From: Paramicrosporidium saccamoebae KSL3 | Taxonomy: Eukaryota; Fungi; Cryptomycota | Assembly (NCBI GenBank): GCA_002794465.1 | Contig: MTSL01000093.1 | Location: forward strand, 19,485-51,484 | Length of the DNA: 32,000 nt | Reading direction: 5' to 3' | Part shown: positions 10,726 through 20,771 of the stretch, piece after piece | Position numbering within the stretch: position 1 is the stretch's first letter | How the letters are laid out: each line of letters opens with the position of its first letter | Program-made: the position numbers and the translations under genes | Notes under the pieces: generated by a model | Seen by the model: only the letters and a program-made list of their open reading frames with translations | The model's database searches: none | What the model was told of the DNA's origin: nothing

Positions 10726-11856
10726 CTACTTTTCTACGCGCAAGTTATAATGTTCACACATACGACAGACAAAGGAATTCTTTCCCGTCGCCTCAAAGTC
10801 GTTCTGCTTGGAAAAACTGGGATCGTGTCCAACGGAACGCCACTCAAAATATTCCATGTAGGCCTTTTCATCTAGTGCCAATTCTTTCAAATGGGTGGCG
10901 AGCCCAGTGGGATCGGGAAAGTTGCGTGCCTCAATGACAATATGATTGCTCTGGCGGTCGGGGAGGAATTCGGCAATGTTTGGTGCGCCAAGATATACGG
11001 GAATTGCATCAGTGGAGAGTGCCTCATAAAACTTGTCTGTTACATAGTCATCCAGTACCGTGTTTTCCAACACCAGCACGTAATGATATTGGCTGGCAAT
11101 TTCCTTGAAATTCACATCAGTGGGCAGTCCCGGTGTGTGAAGACAGGCGCCGTACGAGTCAATGTCCATGTGAACGCTCAACTCTCTCAAGTAATCCAGA
11201 CGGTAGCGAGCATCGCCATTGTTGTCACAATTGCTGATAAAGGCAGCGGCGAGGGCCTTTTTGGTCTTTTGAGCAAAGACGGGTAGGCCGGAGGGGATAG
11301 ATAGGGAGCGGGAATAGTCAACGCGGATGTCGGAGTGACGACTGTAGGAGACGAGCATATGGAAGGGATCGACACGCTTTTCTGCATTAGGGAGCGACAG
11401 GTCCGGCTCGAGAACAAAGAGCGCCTTTTGTTGGAAGGGCTGTAAGATAGCAAAGACATCGGGCACCTCATCGCCCACCGCGAGGATCATATGGGCCTTA
11501 CCAGATTCGGAACGGTCTGTGGTAACCCGACAGGGAACAGAACACTGGGAAGCCAGTTCAGTGTCTCCCGCAACCTTCTCCAATCCTTCCGTGTCCCATA
11601 GCAGTACCGAGATGGGTTCTTCTTCCGTGATAATCTTGGGGGCCTTGGGAATTGGTCTCATGTAATTCATGACAAGTCGATTGTGCAGAACCTTTTGGGC
11701 TTCGGCATTGAACTTGTAGCGGTCGCTGAGACGGGCTATCCAGGTCCATTCAGATTCCGCCGAGTCAACCAGATGGTAGACATTGGATTTCCCGGGGATC
11801 GCCATGGTCAGACTGAGGGTGGCAAATATGTAAAGAAAAGAAGTGCTGATATGCAT
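10726..11856 (-). CDS. GT10-family alpha-1,3/4-fucosyltransferase-like protein, intronless, ~376 aa
   Basis: CSVPCRVTTD, SYSRHSDI, AAFISNC, IDSYGAC and YHYVLVLENTVLDDYVTDKFYEAL...IPVYLGAPNI (alpha-1,3 motif). N-terminal hydrophobic segment follows ATG 11856; an upstream in-frame ATG at 11925 is also possible. Confidence 0.9.
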   Translation of the reverse strand: MHISTSFLYIFATLSLTMAIPGKSNVYHLVDSAESEWTWIARLSDRYKFNAEAQKVLHNRLVMNYMRPIPKAPKIITEEEPISVLLWDTEGLEKVAGDTELASQCSVPCRVTTDRSESGKAHMILAVGDEVPDVFAILQPFQQKALFVLEPDLSLPNAEKRVDPFHMLVSYSRHSDIRVDYSRSLSIPSGLPVFAQKTKKALAAAFISNCDNNGDARYRLDYLRELSVHMDIDSYGACLHTPGLPTDVNFKEIASQYHYVLVLENTVLDDYVTDKFYEALSTDAIPVYLGAPNIAEFLPDRQSNHIVIEARNFPDPTGLATHLKELALDEKAYMEYFEWRSVGHDPSFSKQNDFEATGKNSFVCRMCEHYNLRVEK

Positions 11857-12127
11857 CGGTGTGTGGTTGTGCTGCTGGCCACTTTGGCGTATCAAATAAC
11901 AGCACTTGTACTCTTTCGTTACCATGGCAGCGGACGCGAGGAGCCGTAATCCTTATCAATTTGCGATACCATATGTAAAGAGCGCATCCTATTAATGTCC
12001 TGGTGATATATTGTTATGACTTTAAGGATAATGACCCACTCCTCCAGCAGAATAGGAGCCTGGATCCATGTGTCATCCTTGTGATCTACAGCCATCCCCG
12101 GCCTGGTCTGGCATTTGAGTGTGGGAG

Positions 12128-12417
12128 ATGAACGACTGCTGGCAGCGTTTCCAAATGGGCGCCCTCATGGGAAGCTCGGTTGGTGCGTGCATCGGTATCC
12201 TGTTTGGCACCATGTCAGTTCTAAAGTATGTTCTGGGTACAAGGTTGACTGTAGGTATGGTCACGGTGGAAATGGTTTCTTGAGGACAGTCGGAAAGGTT
12301 GTGCTGCAGTCGGGTGCCTCGTTTGGTCTGTTCATGGGCATCGGCGCAGGTATTAGATGCGACGACACTGTACAACAGAGGCGGCCAATTGGTCCTACTT
12401 TCTACCGAGTGCAATAA
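12128..12417 (+). CDS. MGR2: Mgr2/Romo1 mitochondrial TIM23-associated protein, 2 exons, 86 aa
   Basis: Intron 12226-12254 (29 nt) gives MNDCWQRFQMGALMGSSVGACIGILFG...GNGFLRTVGKVVLQSGASFGLFMGIGAGIRC, the typical Gly-rich Mgr2/Romo1 pattern. Confidence 0.92.
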
Positions 12418-12484
12418 AAGTTGAAATTTGTATGCAATGTGTATATCAAGTATCTAAATCTCTTGCGAGTCGAGAGCTGAGGGT

Positions 12485-12520
12485 TAAGAGCTAAGAGTAA
12501 GAGTAAGAATAAGAGTTAGG
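12485..12520. repeat. (TAAGAG)n degenerate microsatellite
   Basis: TAAGAG C TAAGAG TAAGAG TAAGAA TAAGAG TTAGG in the intergenic region between convergent genes. Confidence 0.7.
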
Positions 12521-12702
12521 AGGATTGTCGCATAGTGGGGAAAATGCTAAACATGAAAGGTATCAATCGTCTCGTTCCTCGCCTCTGCCGTCTCATGCAT
12601 CTGATCACCCATTTCATATTATTTCATGTTTGACCAACCATGTATCTCTAAGCTAATCCCATTATTTTATGAATCAATTGGTATGGCAAATCCCATTTAT
12701 TA

Positions 12703-13854
12703 TCAGGATTTGAACTCTATTAATGATGTATCTATATTCCGTTTTCTACATTCCGCTACAAGTAGGGGCAGTACTTTTCCGTATGCTTCTTCATTGCCAA
12801 TTACGTGCTTTTTAACAAGCTTCTGGAACGTACCAGAGTCGGTTTTCTTGATTGTGTACATTAGTGCCGGGTAGACTGTGCGCGAGTCTAGTTGATCAAA
12901 ACGTCGCTCCATTTCATGGAAAATCTCCATTGCCTCTCCATAGCACGATGCCTTTACAAATGCTGTGTGAATCTCTACAAAATCTGCCTTGCTCATCTCT
13001 TTGCAATCCACCAAAAGACCATTGTACATTTTCCATGCATCATCTGCAAATCTGCTCTTTAGCAGTCCCTCAATGATAATCTTAAAGGTAATAAAGTTGG
13101 CCGAGACGCCAGCCTGGCCCATCTCTTTGACTAGCGCATCGGCTTGGCCAAACTGGCCATTTTTCATATAGGCACCGACCATTGTATTGTACGCAAAGAC
13201 ATCGGGTTGGCGGCTAGGTTCTTCAGAATTTTTCATCTTGTCGAAATATTCACGTGCCTTGCCGATATCCGTTTTCGAGAATGCACTCACCAGCGTCGTG
13301 TAAGTGAATCGAGAGGGTTTTCTCTTGTTAGCCACCATTTGGGTCAGCATGGCCTCAGCATCTTCGGGCCGCCCATTGTTCCGGTAATATCCAATCAGAT
13401 TGTTGTAGGTGATCTCGTTAGAAACGAGGCCGTTGGAGTTTACAAGGTCGAGAATATGCTTCATCCCCTTTACGTGATTCAAGGTGATGCGTGCATAGAG
13501 AACAATGTTGAACAAGTGCATGTTAGGAGGATACTTGCCAAGCATCCCCTCGATGAACGCATCAATTTCGGCCACATTCCGTTGATAATGTGGCATGCGT
13601 GCGAGCCGATACAAGTGCACTTTGTCACGTTCCAGTTCATTGGCAAATTCGCTAATGCCCTCTTCCGCTGCTCCAACGGCATTTATCGTCGGTACGGGCA
13701 GGATTTCATTTCCACTGCGATTCAACAAGCGCTTCTCGGAACCTGACTGGCCTCTAGCAACCCCAGGGGCGTCGATTGAGTAGAGGCGAGCATAAAAGTG
13801 TCTTGTGCATCTTAGCGAAGATGGCAGCAATTGTAGACCCGGAAAGAGGCGCAT
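12703..13854 (-). CDS. Pentatricopeptide repeat (PPR) protein, probably mitochondrial
   Basis: 35-aa repeats such as ITYNNLIGYYRNNGRPEDAEAMLTQM, FTYTTLVSAF and FAYNTMVGAYMKNGQFGQADALVKEM. Arg/Leu/Ser-rich N-terminus resembles a mitochondrial presequence. Confidence 0.9.
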   Translation of the reverse strand: MRLFPGLQLLPSSLRCTRHFYARLYSIDAPGVARGQSGSEKRLLNRSGNEILPVPTINAVGAAEEGISEFANELERDKVHLYRLARMPHYQRNVAEIDAFIEGMLGKYPPNMHLFNIVLYARITLNHVKGMKHILDLVNSNGLVSNEITYNNLIGYYRNNGRPEDAEAMLTQMVANKRKPSRFTYTTLVSAFSKTDIGKAREYFDKMKNSEEPSRQPDVFAYNTMVGAYMKNGQFGQADALVKEMGQAGVSANFITFKIIIEGLLKSRFADDAWKMYNGLLVDCKEMSKADFVEIHTAFVKASCYGEAMEIFHEMERRFDQLDSRTVYPALMYTIKKTDSGTFQKLVKKHVIGNEEAYGKVLPLLVAECRKRNIDTSLIEFKS

Positions 13855-13880
13855 CGTCCTAATCCGGATCCCTGGCCGAA

Positions 13881-14522
13881 ATGCCTACAGAGCAAGAGAC
13901 AGCCCAAATAGCAGATTTAACACCCCTTCTCTCTGCCCAACAAAAGCCCTTGGAATGGATAAACTCGCTCTTTGACACCCTTCCCGCCCTTTCTCTGCGC
14001 AGTACTGCCCCCACGCTCCTCAGATGGAACAGCTATATCGACGCTCTCCTATGGCAACTACAGCAAGCGGAGCTCAAAAAGAATGTCGAGTTTGAGAGCG
14101 CCGCCCGTCGCTTCACTGGAAAACTGCCCTCAATTCAGGCCAAAATACGGGACCTAAAGATGGCCCATCGCGGAATGTCACCATTGCAGGAAATTATAAA
14201 CGAGCTGGCAGAGATTGAGGTGCGAGTGGATCGATTGCGAGAGCTGTTGGATTCGGAACAAATTGAGAGACTGAAAGAGCTGAGGAGGCGGAAGGGAATG
14301 CTGCAAGATTTGCTGCGGATGGGTGGGCTGGAGATGGAGTGGAGAAAGAATGCGGATCGAATGCGGCGGGCGATCGAGTCCAACGACCTTGACAGTGCTC
14401 AGGACTCTCTCGAACAGCTCGACAAGAGCTATGATGAGAATTGGGCAAATAATGCCGGAAAGAAGCTACTGTTGAATAATCTCCGCCAGGAATTGGTTAC
14501 TCTGATCAAGAATAATTTATAG
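13881..14522 (+). CDS. Helical/coiled-coil protein, possibly a short COG7-like subunit (213 aa)
   Basis: Single clean ORF. Pattern WIN-x-L...LQ...LP-x-I...ERLKEL...W...IESNDL-x-A...KKLLLNNLRQEL resembles the COG7 N-terminal region as I recall it; similarity judged by eye only. Confidence 0.4.
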   Translation: MPTEQETAQIADLTPLLSAQQKPLEWINSLFDTLPALSLRSTAPTLLRWNSYIDALLWQLQQAELKKNVEFESAARRFTGKLPSIQAKIRDLKMAHRGMSPLQEIINELAEIEVRVDRLRELLDSEQIERLKELRRRKGMLQDLLRMGGLEMEWRKNADRMRRAIESNDLDSAQDSLEQLDKSYDENWANNAGKKLLLNNLRQELVTLIKNNL

Positions 14523-14556
14523 TGCAGTTCGCAATAAATCTAGCTATGAATGGATA

Positions 14557-15987
14557 CTACTTGTGAGTCATCAACGGCATACTGTTGGCTTCACCCTTCA
14601 CTGTCGGTGGTCGAACAAACAGATAATAAAGAGGAATTCCAACAAGGACCGCCAGGAAACTCAATGAAACTGCCCTAAACTCGGCATATAGCGAAGTAAC
14701 TTGAAGCCAGACACAGGCAATGAGGAAGAGGATAGGTGTGCTGAGCCAGACACGGTATGGACGTTCCAAATCGGGAGCAGTCAACCGTAACCGGAGTAGA
14801 ACAATGACACAAGCAGCATAGAAAATCCAAGTAGGGAATGTGTAGATCATGATGAGCTCATTAAAGTCTGTGAAGAGGCACAGGAAGCACGAAATTACTC
14901 CCTGCATCCAGTAGGCGCGGAAGGCAGTGCCGAAAGTCGGACTAACCTTGTTAAAATAGGCTGGGAGCTGTCCAGTCTGAGCGGCCAGCAGGACAATCTC
15001 TGACGAAGTAACCATACTGGAGAGGGCAGAGCCAAATGTGCTGGATGCCACCAAGATTGGCATTAGAATTCCTCCAACTCTACCAAATACCCGCAGGCCA
15101 AAGTCGATTCCAACCGCCGAGGTATTCTCAATGGCCATCATAGGAAGGACTGAGTAGTAACCCAGATTCGTCAAAAGATAAAGTGCTACGACGGCAGTCA
15201 TTGAAATCCAAATGCCAAGCGGCAAATTAACTTGAGGATTGGCAAGATCTCCAGCTACAATATTCAGATTGTTCCACCCTTCAAATGCCCACAGACCATG
15301 ATTCAAGGCTGCAGCAAAAAGCCCAAAACCAAACACTGATCCCTTAAATGGCTCTCCCAAATTCTCCTTGATCACTGATGAATCCACAAAGATGGCAAAG
15401 TAGCATCCCGAGCAAATGACCAGCGTGAGAGCACCAATCTTTCCCAGTGTAAGCACACCTTGGATGCGGTTCGACCACTTGGTACTTAGGGAAGAAGCCA
15501 ACGTAACCACGATGCAGCATAATATGGCAATACCCTTGGTAAGCCAAGAATAAAAGACTGCATGTGCCTTGTCCTCAAGGATGCTCTTTTCGACGACCAT
15601 CTGCAGCATGTATTCGGCAGTGGCGACACTAAGGATGGCGATTGTTCCAGGCTTCAAAATGATGATCGAGGTCCAGTTGAAGAGAAAGACCATCATCGGG
15701 CCAAGTCCACGGGCCAAATACTGAGCCTCGCCTCCAGATCCTGGGATCATTGTTCCCAGTTCGGCGTAGCAGAGGGCACCAGTGAGTCCAAGTAGGCCGG
15801 TGAGAGCCCATATGACAAGTGCAAAACCTGGCGACCCGACGTTCTTCTGAATCTCTCCCGCAGTGGAAAAGATACCAGAGCCGACCATCAAGCCGACAAT
15901 CGTCGAGATACCATCAAAAAGTGTAAGCGAGCGCACGGGCTTTCCGGCTTCTATTGTGGAAGGTGTCTTTCCTACTTCGTTTGACAT
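14557..15987 (-). CDS. APC-superfamily amino-acid permease (LAT/SLC7, Mup1-like), intronless
   Basis: GLMVGSGIFS, GALCYAELGTMIPGSGGE, LWAFEGWNNLN, FTFPTW-like TM10 segment, RPYRV; about 12 hydrophobic segments. Confidence 0.93.
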   Translation of the reverse strand: MSNEVGKTPSTIEAGKPVRSLTLFDGISTIVGLMVGSGIFSTAGEIQKNVGSPGFALVIWALTGLLGLTGALCYAELGTMIPGSGGEAQYLARGLGPMMVFLFNWTSIIILKPGTIAILSVATAEYMLQMVVEKSILEDKAHAVFYSWLTKGIAILCCIVVTLASSLSTKWSNRIQGVLTLGKIGALTLVICSGCYFAIFVDSSVIKENLGEPFKGSVFGFGLFAAALNHGLWAFEGWNNLNIVAGDLANPQVNLPLGIWISMTAVVALYLLTNLGYYSVLPMMAIENTSAVGIDFGLRVFGRVGGILMPILVASSTFGSALSSMVTSSEIVLLAAQTGQLPAYFNKVSPTFGTAFRAYWMQGVISCFLCLFTDFNELIMIYTFPTWIFYAACVIVLLRLRLTAPDLERPYRVWLSTPILFLIACVWLQVTSLYAEFRAVSLSFLAVLVGIPLYYLFVRPPTVKGEANSMPLMTHK

Positions 15988-16017
15988 GTGCGTATTACGT
16001 GGTGCTGTAGGACTGGC

Positions 16018-16025
16018 TATTTATA
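16018..16025 (-). promoter_or_regulatory. TATA box of the amino-acid permease
   Basis: TATAAATA on the minus strand, 31-38 nt upstream of ATG 15987. Confidence 0.55.
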
Positions 16026-16039
16026 CGAGGATAGGCGCG

Positions 16040-16046
16040 TGACTCA
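16040..16046. promoter_or_regulatory. Gcn4/CpcA (AP-1-type) element TGACTCA
   Basis: Perfect TGACTCA 14 nt upstream of the permease TATA box; a second near-site TGACTAA at 16074-16080. Confidence 0.5.
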
Positions 16047-16296
16047 CCCTTAGTAATTAAATTTGCAATAAGATGACTAACCTTGCCAGGAATAGAAAGA
16101 ACACCCTTGCTCTACGCTCTATTGGCCCATTGACGGTTCCACTGGCAACAATCCACCTCATTGGACAGCCTGAATAACTTTTCTTTATACGTGTATATTG
16201 CGATGGATTGTGTGGACATGTGATATTAAGACGTAGCTCTGTGTGATATATTGACTGTAAAAAGAGTTTAATGCTAAATCATTAACTGTTTAGTCC

Positions 16297-17430
16297 ATGA
16301 GCAGCCATGCTCGAGTTGTACCATGGAGCGGTATAAGTGAATGGCGATACGTCGCCGACCGGATCTTTAGTGACGACCCCTCTACCGTTCAGCATGCACT
16401 ATCCATCGCCACAGTCTGGTGTCTTCGCGGAAGCCATCCGCCGGCTGTTGAATCCACTGTCAACCTCCTCACCCTCAAGCGGGACACTGCTGCCTTGCAA
16501 AGTCCTCATGCAGCGCTGGCGTTGGGTTCGTCTTTGGTAAGGTTTGTGAATGAAGTGGTGGATGCGGGCCAAAAGGGGACCTATGCCTTGCCAGTGACTC
16601 ATCTGGCAGAAAAGGCAAATATATCGAGACTGCTGGTGGATATCCGTCACAGTGTCACACACGACCAACTTCCAAGTCTCGAGACACTTCTATTGGGGGT
16701 AGACCTGGCATTAGACTGGCTAAAGCAATACTATTGGGAGCCTCAGAGGAATTATGAGCTGGCGGTCAGAGATGCCACGGCTAAGATGCTGGAACGCTTT
16801 TCTGAGGGACTAAAGGACTGCGACCCAATGAAAAAGCCAATAGAGGTGCATGCTGCAAGATGCATACGCGACGTTCATCATGTTGAATACTCTCCAGAGA
16901 TTCAGAAACCGTTCCTCGTCACTCTGATAGAGTCGCCATATCCTAATTCGACGATTCTACCCGTTGCGACGGCACTCGCCATCAAAGACCCAGAAATTGT
17001 TCTGCTTCTTATAGAAATTGCGCAAACCGAAAAGTTGATGATAGACAGGATATCACTCATCCTGGAGACGGCGGCATTTCAGATACGCGATAGTGGAATT
17101 GTGGGGCGGTGTGCCAGGAGGTGCTTTGGAATGTTAAATGAGACGGGGAACAGGCTGATGCGCTCCGTATTAAAGACACAACGATCAATACTTCCCGATG
17201 ATCTTGCTGCTACAATAGAGGTATTATTGTCAACACGGCCAAAAACGGCAATGACAACGGGGCAGCTCTTGGAAAAGACTGAAGCGTTTATCAGTATGAG
17301 TACAGCAGCCACAGAAAAGTCTCCTGTCGTTGATGAGTGGTCACGTCCCAAGAATTGGAAGCCTTGTCCATTCGGCATGACCTCGGGATTCAATCCAATG
17401 ACTCAATTTAGCCACTTTGTCGTGGAATAA
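16297..17430 (+). CDS. LAS1: Las1 HEPN pre-rRNA ITS2 endonuclease
   Basis: RVVPW-x4-EW, W-x2-RG-x2-PPAVEST, LVRFVN-x-VVD, LVDIRHSVTHDQLPSL (HEPN RxxxxH), ALDWLKQYYWEPQ. Confidence 0.93.
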   Translation: MSSHARVVPWSGISEWRYVADRIFSDDPSTVQHALSIATVWCLRGSHPPAVESTVNLLTLKRDTAALQSPHAALALGSSLVRFVNEVVDAGQKGTYALPVTHLAEKANISRLLVDIRHSVTHDQLPSLETLLLGVDLALDWLKQYYWEPQRNYELAVRDATAKMLERFSEGLKDCDPMKKPIEVHAARCIRDVHHVEYSPEIQKPFLVTLIESPYPNSTILPVATALAIKDPEIVLLLIEIAQTEKLMIDRISLILETAAFQIRDSGIVGRCARRCFGMLNETGNRLMRSVLKTQRSILPDDLAATIEVLLSTRPKTAMTTGQLLEKTEAFISMSTAATEKSPVVDEWSRPKNWKPCPFGMTSGFNPMTQFSHFVVE

Positions 17431-17481
17431 ACCGGCCGCATTATGGATTAACAATTTGTAAATAATTACTGCTTAGCATCG

Positions 17482-19002
17482 ATGATAAAAGATTCGGCGC
17501 TTTTCGGTGAATATGCCGCTGCACACTTACCAGAGAGCACCATGCTAGCCGAACTGACAATCCTGGACTATCTTTTGCACCAAAGCATCTTTCTGAGGGT
17601 AAACTACAAGTATCCTGCGGATCCATTCCTTGCCGTCCCCGAGCAGCAATTGCAGCTGCAACAGGCCCATTACTATTGCGAGCTCATCCAGAGTATCTTT
17701 CTCTTGTTCGGCTAACCAAGCAGAAATCTTAGAGTCATTCACAGCAATGTTCGGGAAAGACAGACTGCCCTTTGATGAGGCGCTTTGCAGGCGTGTCACT
17801 TGGGCAAAGTTTATAGGACTGCTTTTTTTTTATGACCGTTCTGGGAATTGCTGGAATGGTGAAATGTCGCCAGAGGAGACTAAGGAGGGACTACTGGCTG
17901 GGTACTCATTATTTATCGAGCTATTTGACGATTCTCCATTGACAACTCCAGCAGCACTATACATGCTAGCTGACCTCACAGTTCAGGTACATTTGCCGTG
18001 CTAATCATAATCTAATAGGTCCTGGCGTATAAGCAACAGGACGGAACTCCAGTCGATATAGCGACGCTGTGGCCCAAATTGGTAAACGACCAACACTGGG
18101 ATGAGCTCAGGAAGCGAGTCGAGGATAATCAAACAATTCAAAAGCAATCCATCACCGAGCCACGTCCTGACGCTAATTTTTCCAAACGAATGATGTCGTT
18201 CCTTAAAAATCTCTATCGGGATGCCGAAGTACCGCTAATGGTCAAATATTGTGCCGCCGGCGCGATCCTTGACGACGAGAAAGTAGGGGAGGAGCGACAA
18301 TTTACAGTGACTCCGGGCACTGTTGGGTTTACCCAAGACAGATTCATGACTCAACCACCTGACGTGCTCCTAAGGTCACCCGAGAAGAACGGTGGGCAAG
18401 AGATTAGCGACTCCTTTAATTTGGGATTTGATACGCAGGGTTTTACCGTTGGTGCCACCAATGCTGATGAAATGATTGATGTTATTAACGAATCTCAACC
18501 AACCGCAGCTGCTCTTCCTCTGGTTAGTTCTCCCAAACCTCTGCCCGATCGATTGGTCAAATTTTTAGAGTCTTTTACAATAATTCCAGCCGTTGCATTC
18601 CGAAGCATTCTCTGCACCAATGATGACGAATTGGTCGGAATATTAGAAGGGACCCATGCCACTGTTGCTGCGTTTCTCACGCGTAATGTTCAGACTGATG
18701 AAAACACCCGACCCGAAGAAGAGCAAAAGCCGATGGCAAAGCGTTGCAAGCTACTGGACCGGCATGAATCCGCCGAGAGAATCGCATGGTCGTCTCTTAT
18801 AAATTCTCCTATAAAAAAGACCCAGAGCGGACAGGGTAAGAAATGGAGCAAGGGAGAGGAAATGAGACTTATTGATGGATATGGTCGTTTCGGACAAGAT
18901 TGGGCGCTGATTCAATCTAATCTTGATTTTGCCCATAGAAAGGACCAGAGTCTAAAAGACAAGGTGCAACAACTCATTAATACCGGCCGGATTCCTAAAT
19001 AA
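17482..19002 (+). CDS. Telomere-repeat-binding factor-like protein (C-terminal single Myb/telobox, possible TRFH-like N-domain), 3 exons, ~485 aa
   Basis: Introns 17693-17723 (31 nt, GCTAAC branch site) and 17987-18018 (32 nt) join three ORFs. C-terminus KWSKGEEMRLIDGYGRFGQDWALIQSNLDFAHRKDQSLKDKVQQL is a Myb domain with the LKDK telobox motif. Confidence 0.7.
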
Positions 19003-19194
19003 ATGAACGCAAGACTAAGGTTTGAGGTAAAGATTCCTTTATAAGCCCTCACAGAGGAGGGATCACCACGGATGATCGTTTATTCTCAGGTTGTGGGCTC
19101 ACAACTGGTCAGATCCTTTCCATTGAGCGCTTTTGGTTAATGTTGGAAAAGTTGGGCAATTCTCAACAAAGAATCAGCTGATCCACCACAAATA

Positions 19195-20349
19195 ATGGAG
19201 CGTTACTACAAACCTCATAGCGATAAATCTATTTAGTGTTTATTGAAATGGCGTTGGCACTGCTATGTACATTCAACATTCAGTATAGTCATGTGTAGGG
19301 AGCCCAATTGCTCTTCTGACGGGAATTTATATCGGAGAGACACGAGAAGTGGATAATAGCGCCCGCAGCGTGGCATTTGAGAAGCAATACGAAAAAGTGT
19401 ATGGCACCGCCCATGTGCCATTCTTTCATGGTTCCTTTGAGCAAGTTTCATCTTAGTCGTTGCCAATAGTTTAGGCCAAAAGGGAATCGAAAGAAAGGAA
19501 AGCATTGCTGGTAGCCTGCTTCGTCGCCTCTAAACATGAGGCCACTCCGACTTTCCTCAGAGAGACTATTGGAGATCCACAGCTAGCTAATAATCTGGAC
19601 AGCGACCGCATTATTTTTTGGATCTGCGATGTCTCCAATCCCTTTGCATATCAACGTATCTACTCGTGGAGTTGGCTTATGATTTAGTGGCCTGCGACAT
19701 GGATGCTAAAAGCTACCCCTCGACCGTCTTTCTTACCCACATTGATCGTCGCTTCGTTCCCCTCAAGCGAATATCTGGCTTCCATTCAGCACCCCTTTTA
19801 CTTTCCACCACTCACGATCTCCTTGCAGCCATTGCATCCCACGAAGATGCCGCCATCGAACGCGAAAGCGAGGTGACAGGGGCGCAACAGCTGAGGGAAG
19901 AGCAAGATGCGGCGTATTTGAGGTCGTTGGAGGCCGATAGGAAGAAGGAGATGGAAAGAGCCGAGGCGGAAAGAATTCAGAGGGAGGAAGAAAAGAGTTT
20001 ACAGCTTGAAGAAGAAAAGCTGAACAAAAAGCAGCAGGAACGGAATGCTTTGCTCGAAAAGATGAAACAGGCATTACCCGAGGAATGCATTGGAGGAGAC
20101 TGCATCAAATTGTCACTGCAGCTTTTTGATGGCCAACGTGTCATTAGAAACTTTAACCCCTCTGATCCGCTTTCTGCTCTTTACAATTGGGCATTTACGC
20201 TCGTTGGGCATAATCTGGACATATCCCTATCTGAAATTACCATTCGCACTATGCTCCCTCCTGTACACTTTGAAAACTCGAAAGTTCCGCTGTCAGAATC
20301 AGAGATTCGGTCTCAGATGAAGTTGATCATAGAGTTGCGTAATAAATAA
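19195..20349 (+). CDS. UAS + coiled-coil + UBX p97/Cdc48 adaptor (FAF2/UBXD8/Ubx2-3-like), ~341 aa
   Basis: Introns 19202-19236 (35, tentative; alternative start ATG 19248), 19267-19298 (32), 19445-19474 (30) and 19656-19687 (32). YGTAHVPFFHGSFEQAKRE and FW-x-CDV (UAS), LREEQDAAYLRSLEADRKKE, LQLFDGQRVIRNFNPSDPL (UBX). Confidence 0.85.
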
Positions 20350-20771
20350 CCCAGCTTTATTAATCTATGTGCCGCTCTTTATAGGCCGCCATCCTTAATA
20401 TGCTGGACTGCGCGATGGCAATCAGGATTACCGATCATAAGTGTGTCGCGTAGTGGGGATAATACCACAGACGGGAAGGGGGGTTGTTCCCTGCTAATCC
20501 CAGAATAGTATGAATACGCATCTCACTGTCCTCAAATACCCAGCAAGCGATCCACTCTACCACACAAATACGTCTTCTCCAAACTAGGGGATTATCTTCA
20601 AATATTCAACCCCTCTACATCACAAATGGATCCTTTATCATCTCTAGCTCATATATGTGTCATGACATACTATTTCACAACTAACAATTGTATTTGTGCA
20701 AGATTACGAGGGAACCCTAGCTTGTTAAATACCAACTATCCCATTTTGGTATCCGGTAATGGTAAGTAGAT

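Noticed and set aside
12485-12520. TAAGAG repeat as an interstitial telomere remnant
   Set aside because: Too degenerate relative to TTAGGG and too short; treated as a simple microsatellite.
19011-19190. U3/box C-D snoRNA-like fragments (AAGACTA, ACCACGGATGA, GAGCG, CTGA) between the TRF-like and UBX genes
   Set aside because: Box A'/A (UACUU...GAUCAUUUC) is not matched, no good box C follows the box B-like motif, and the terminal stem cannot form. Likely chance; an Infernal scan would settle it.
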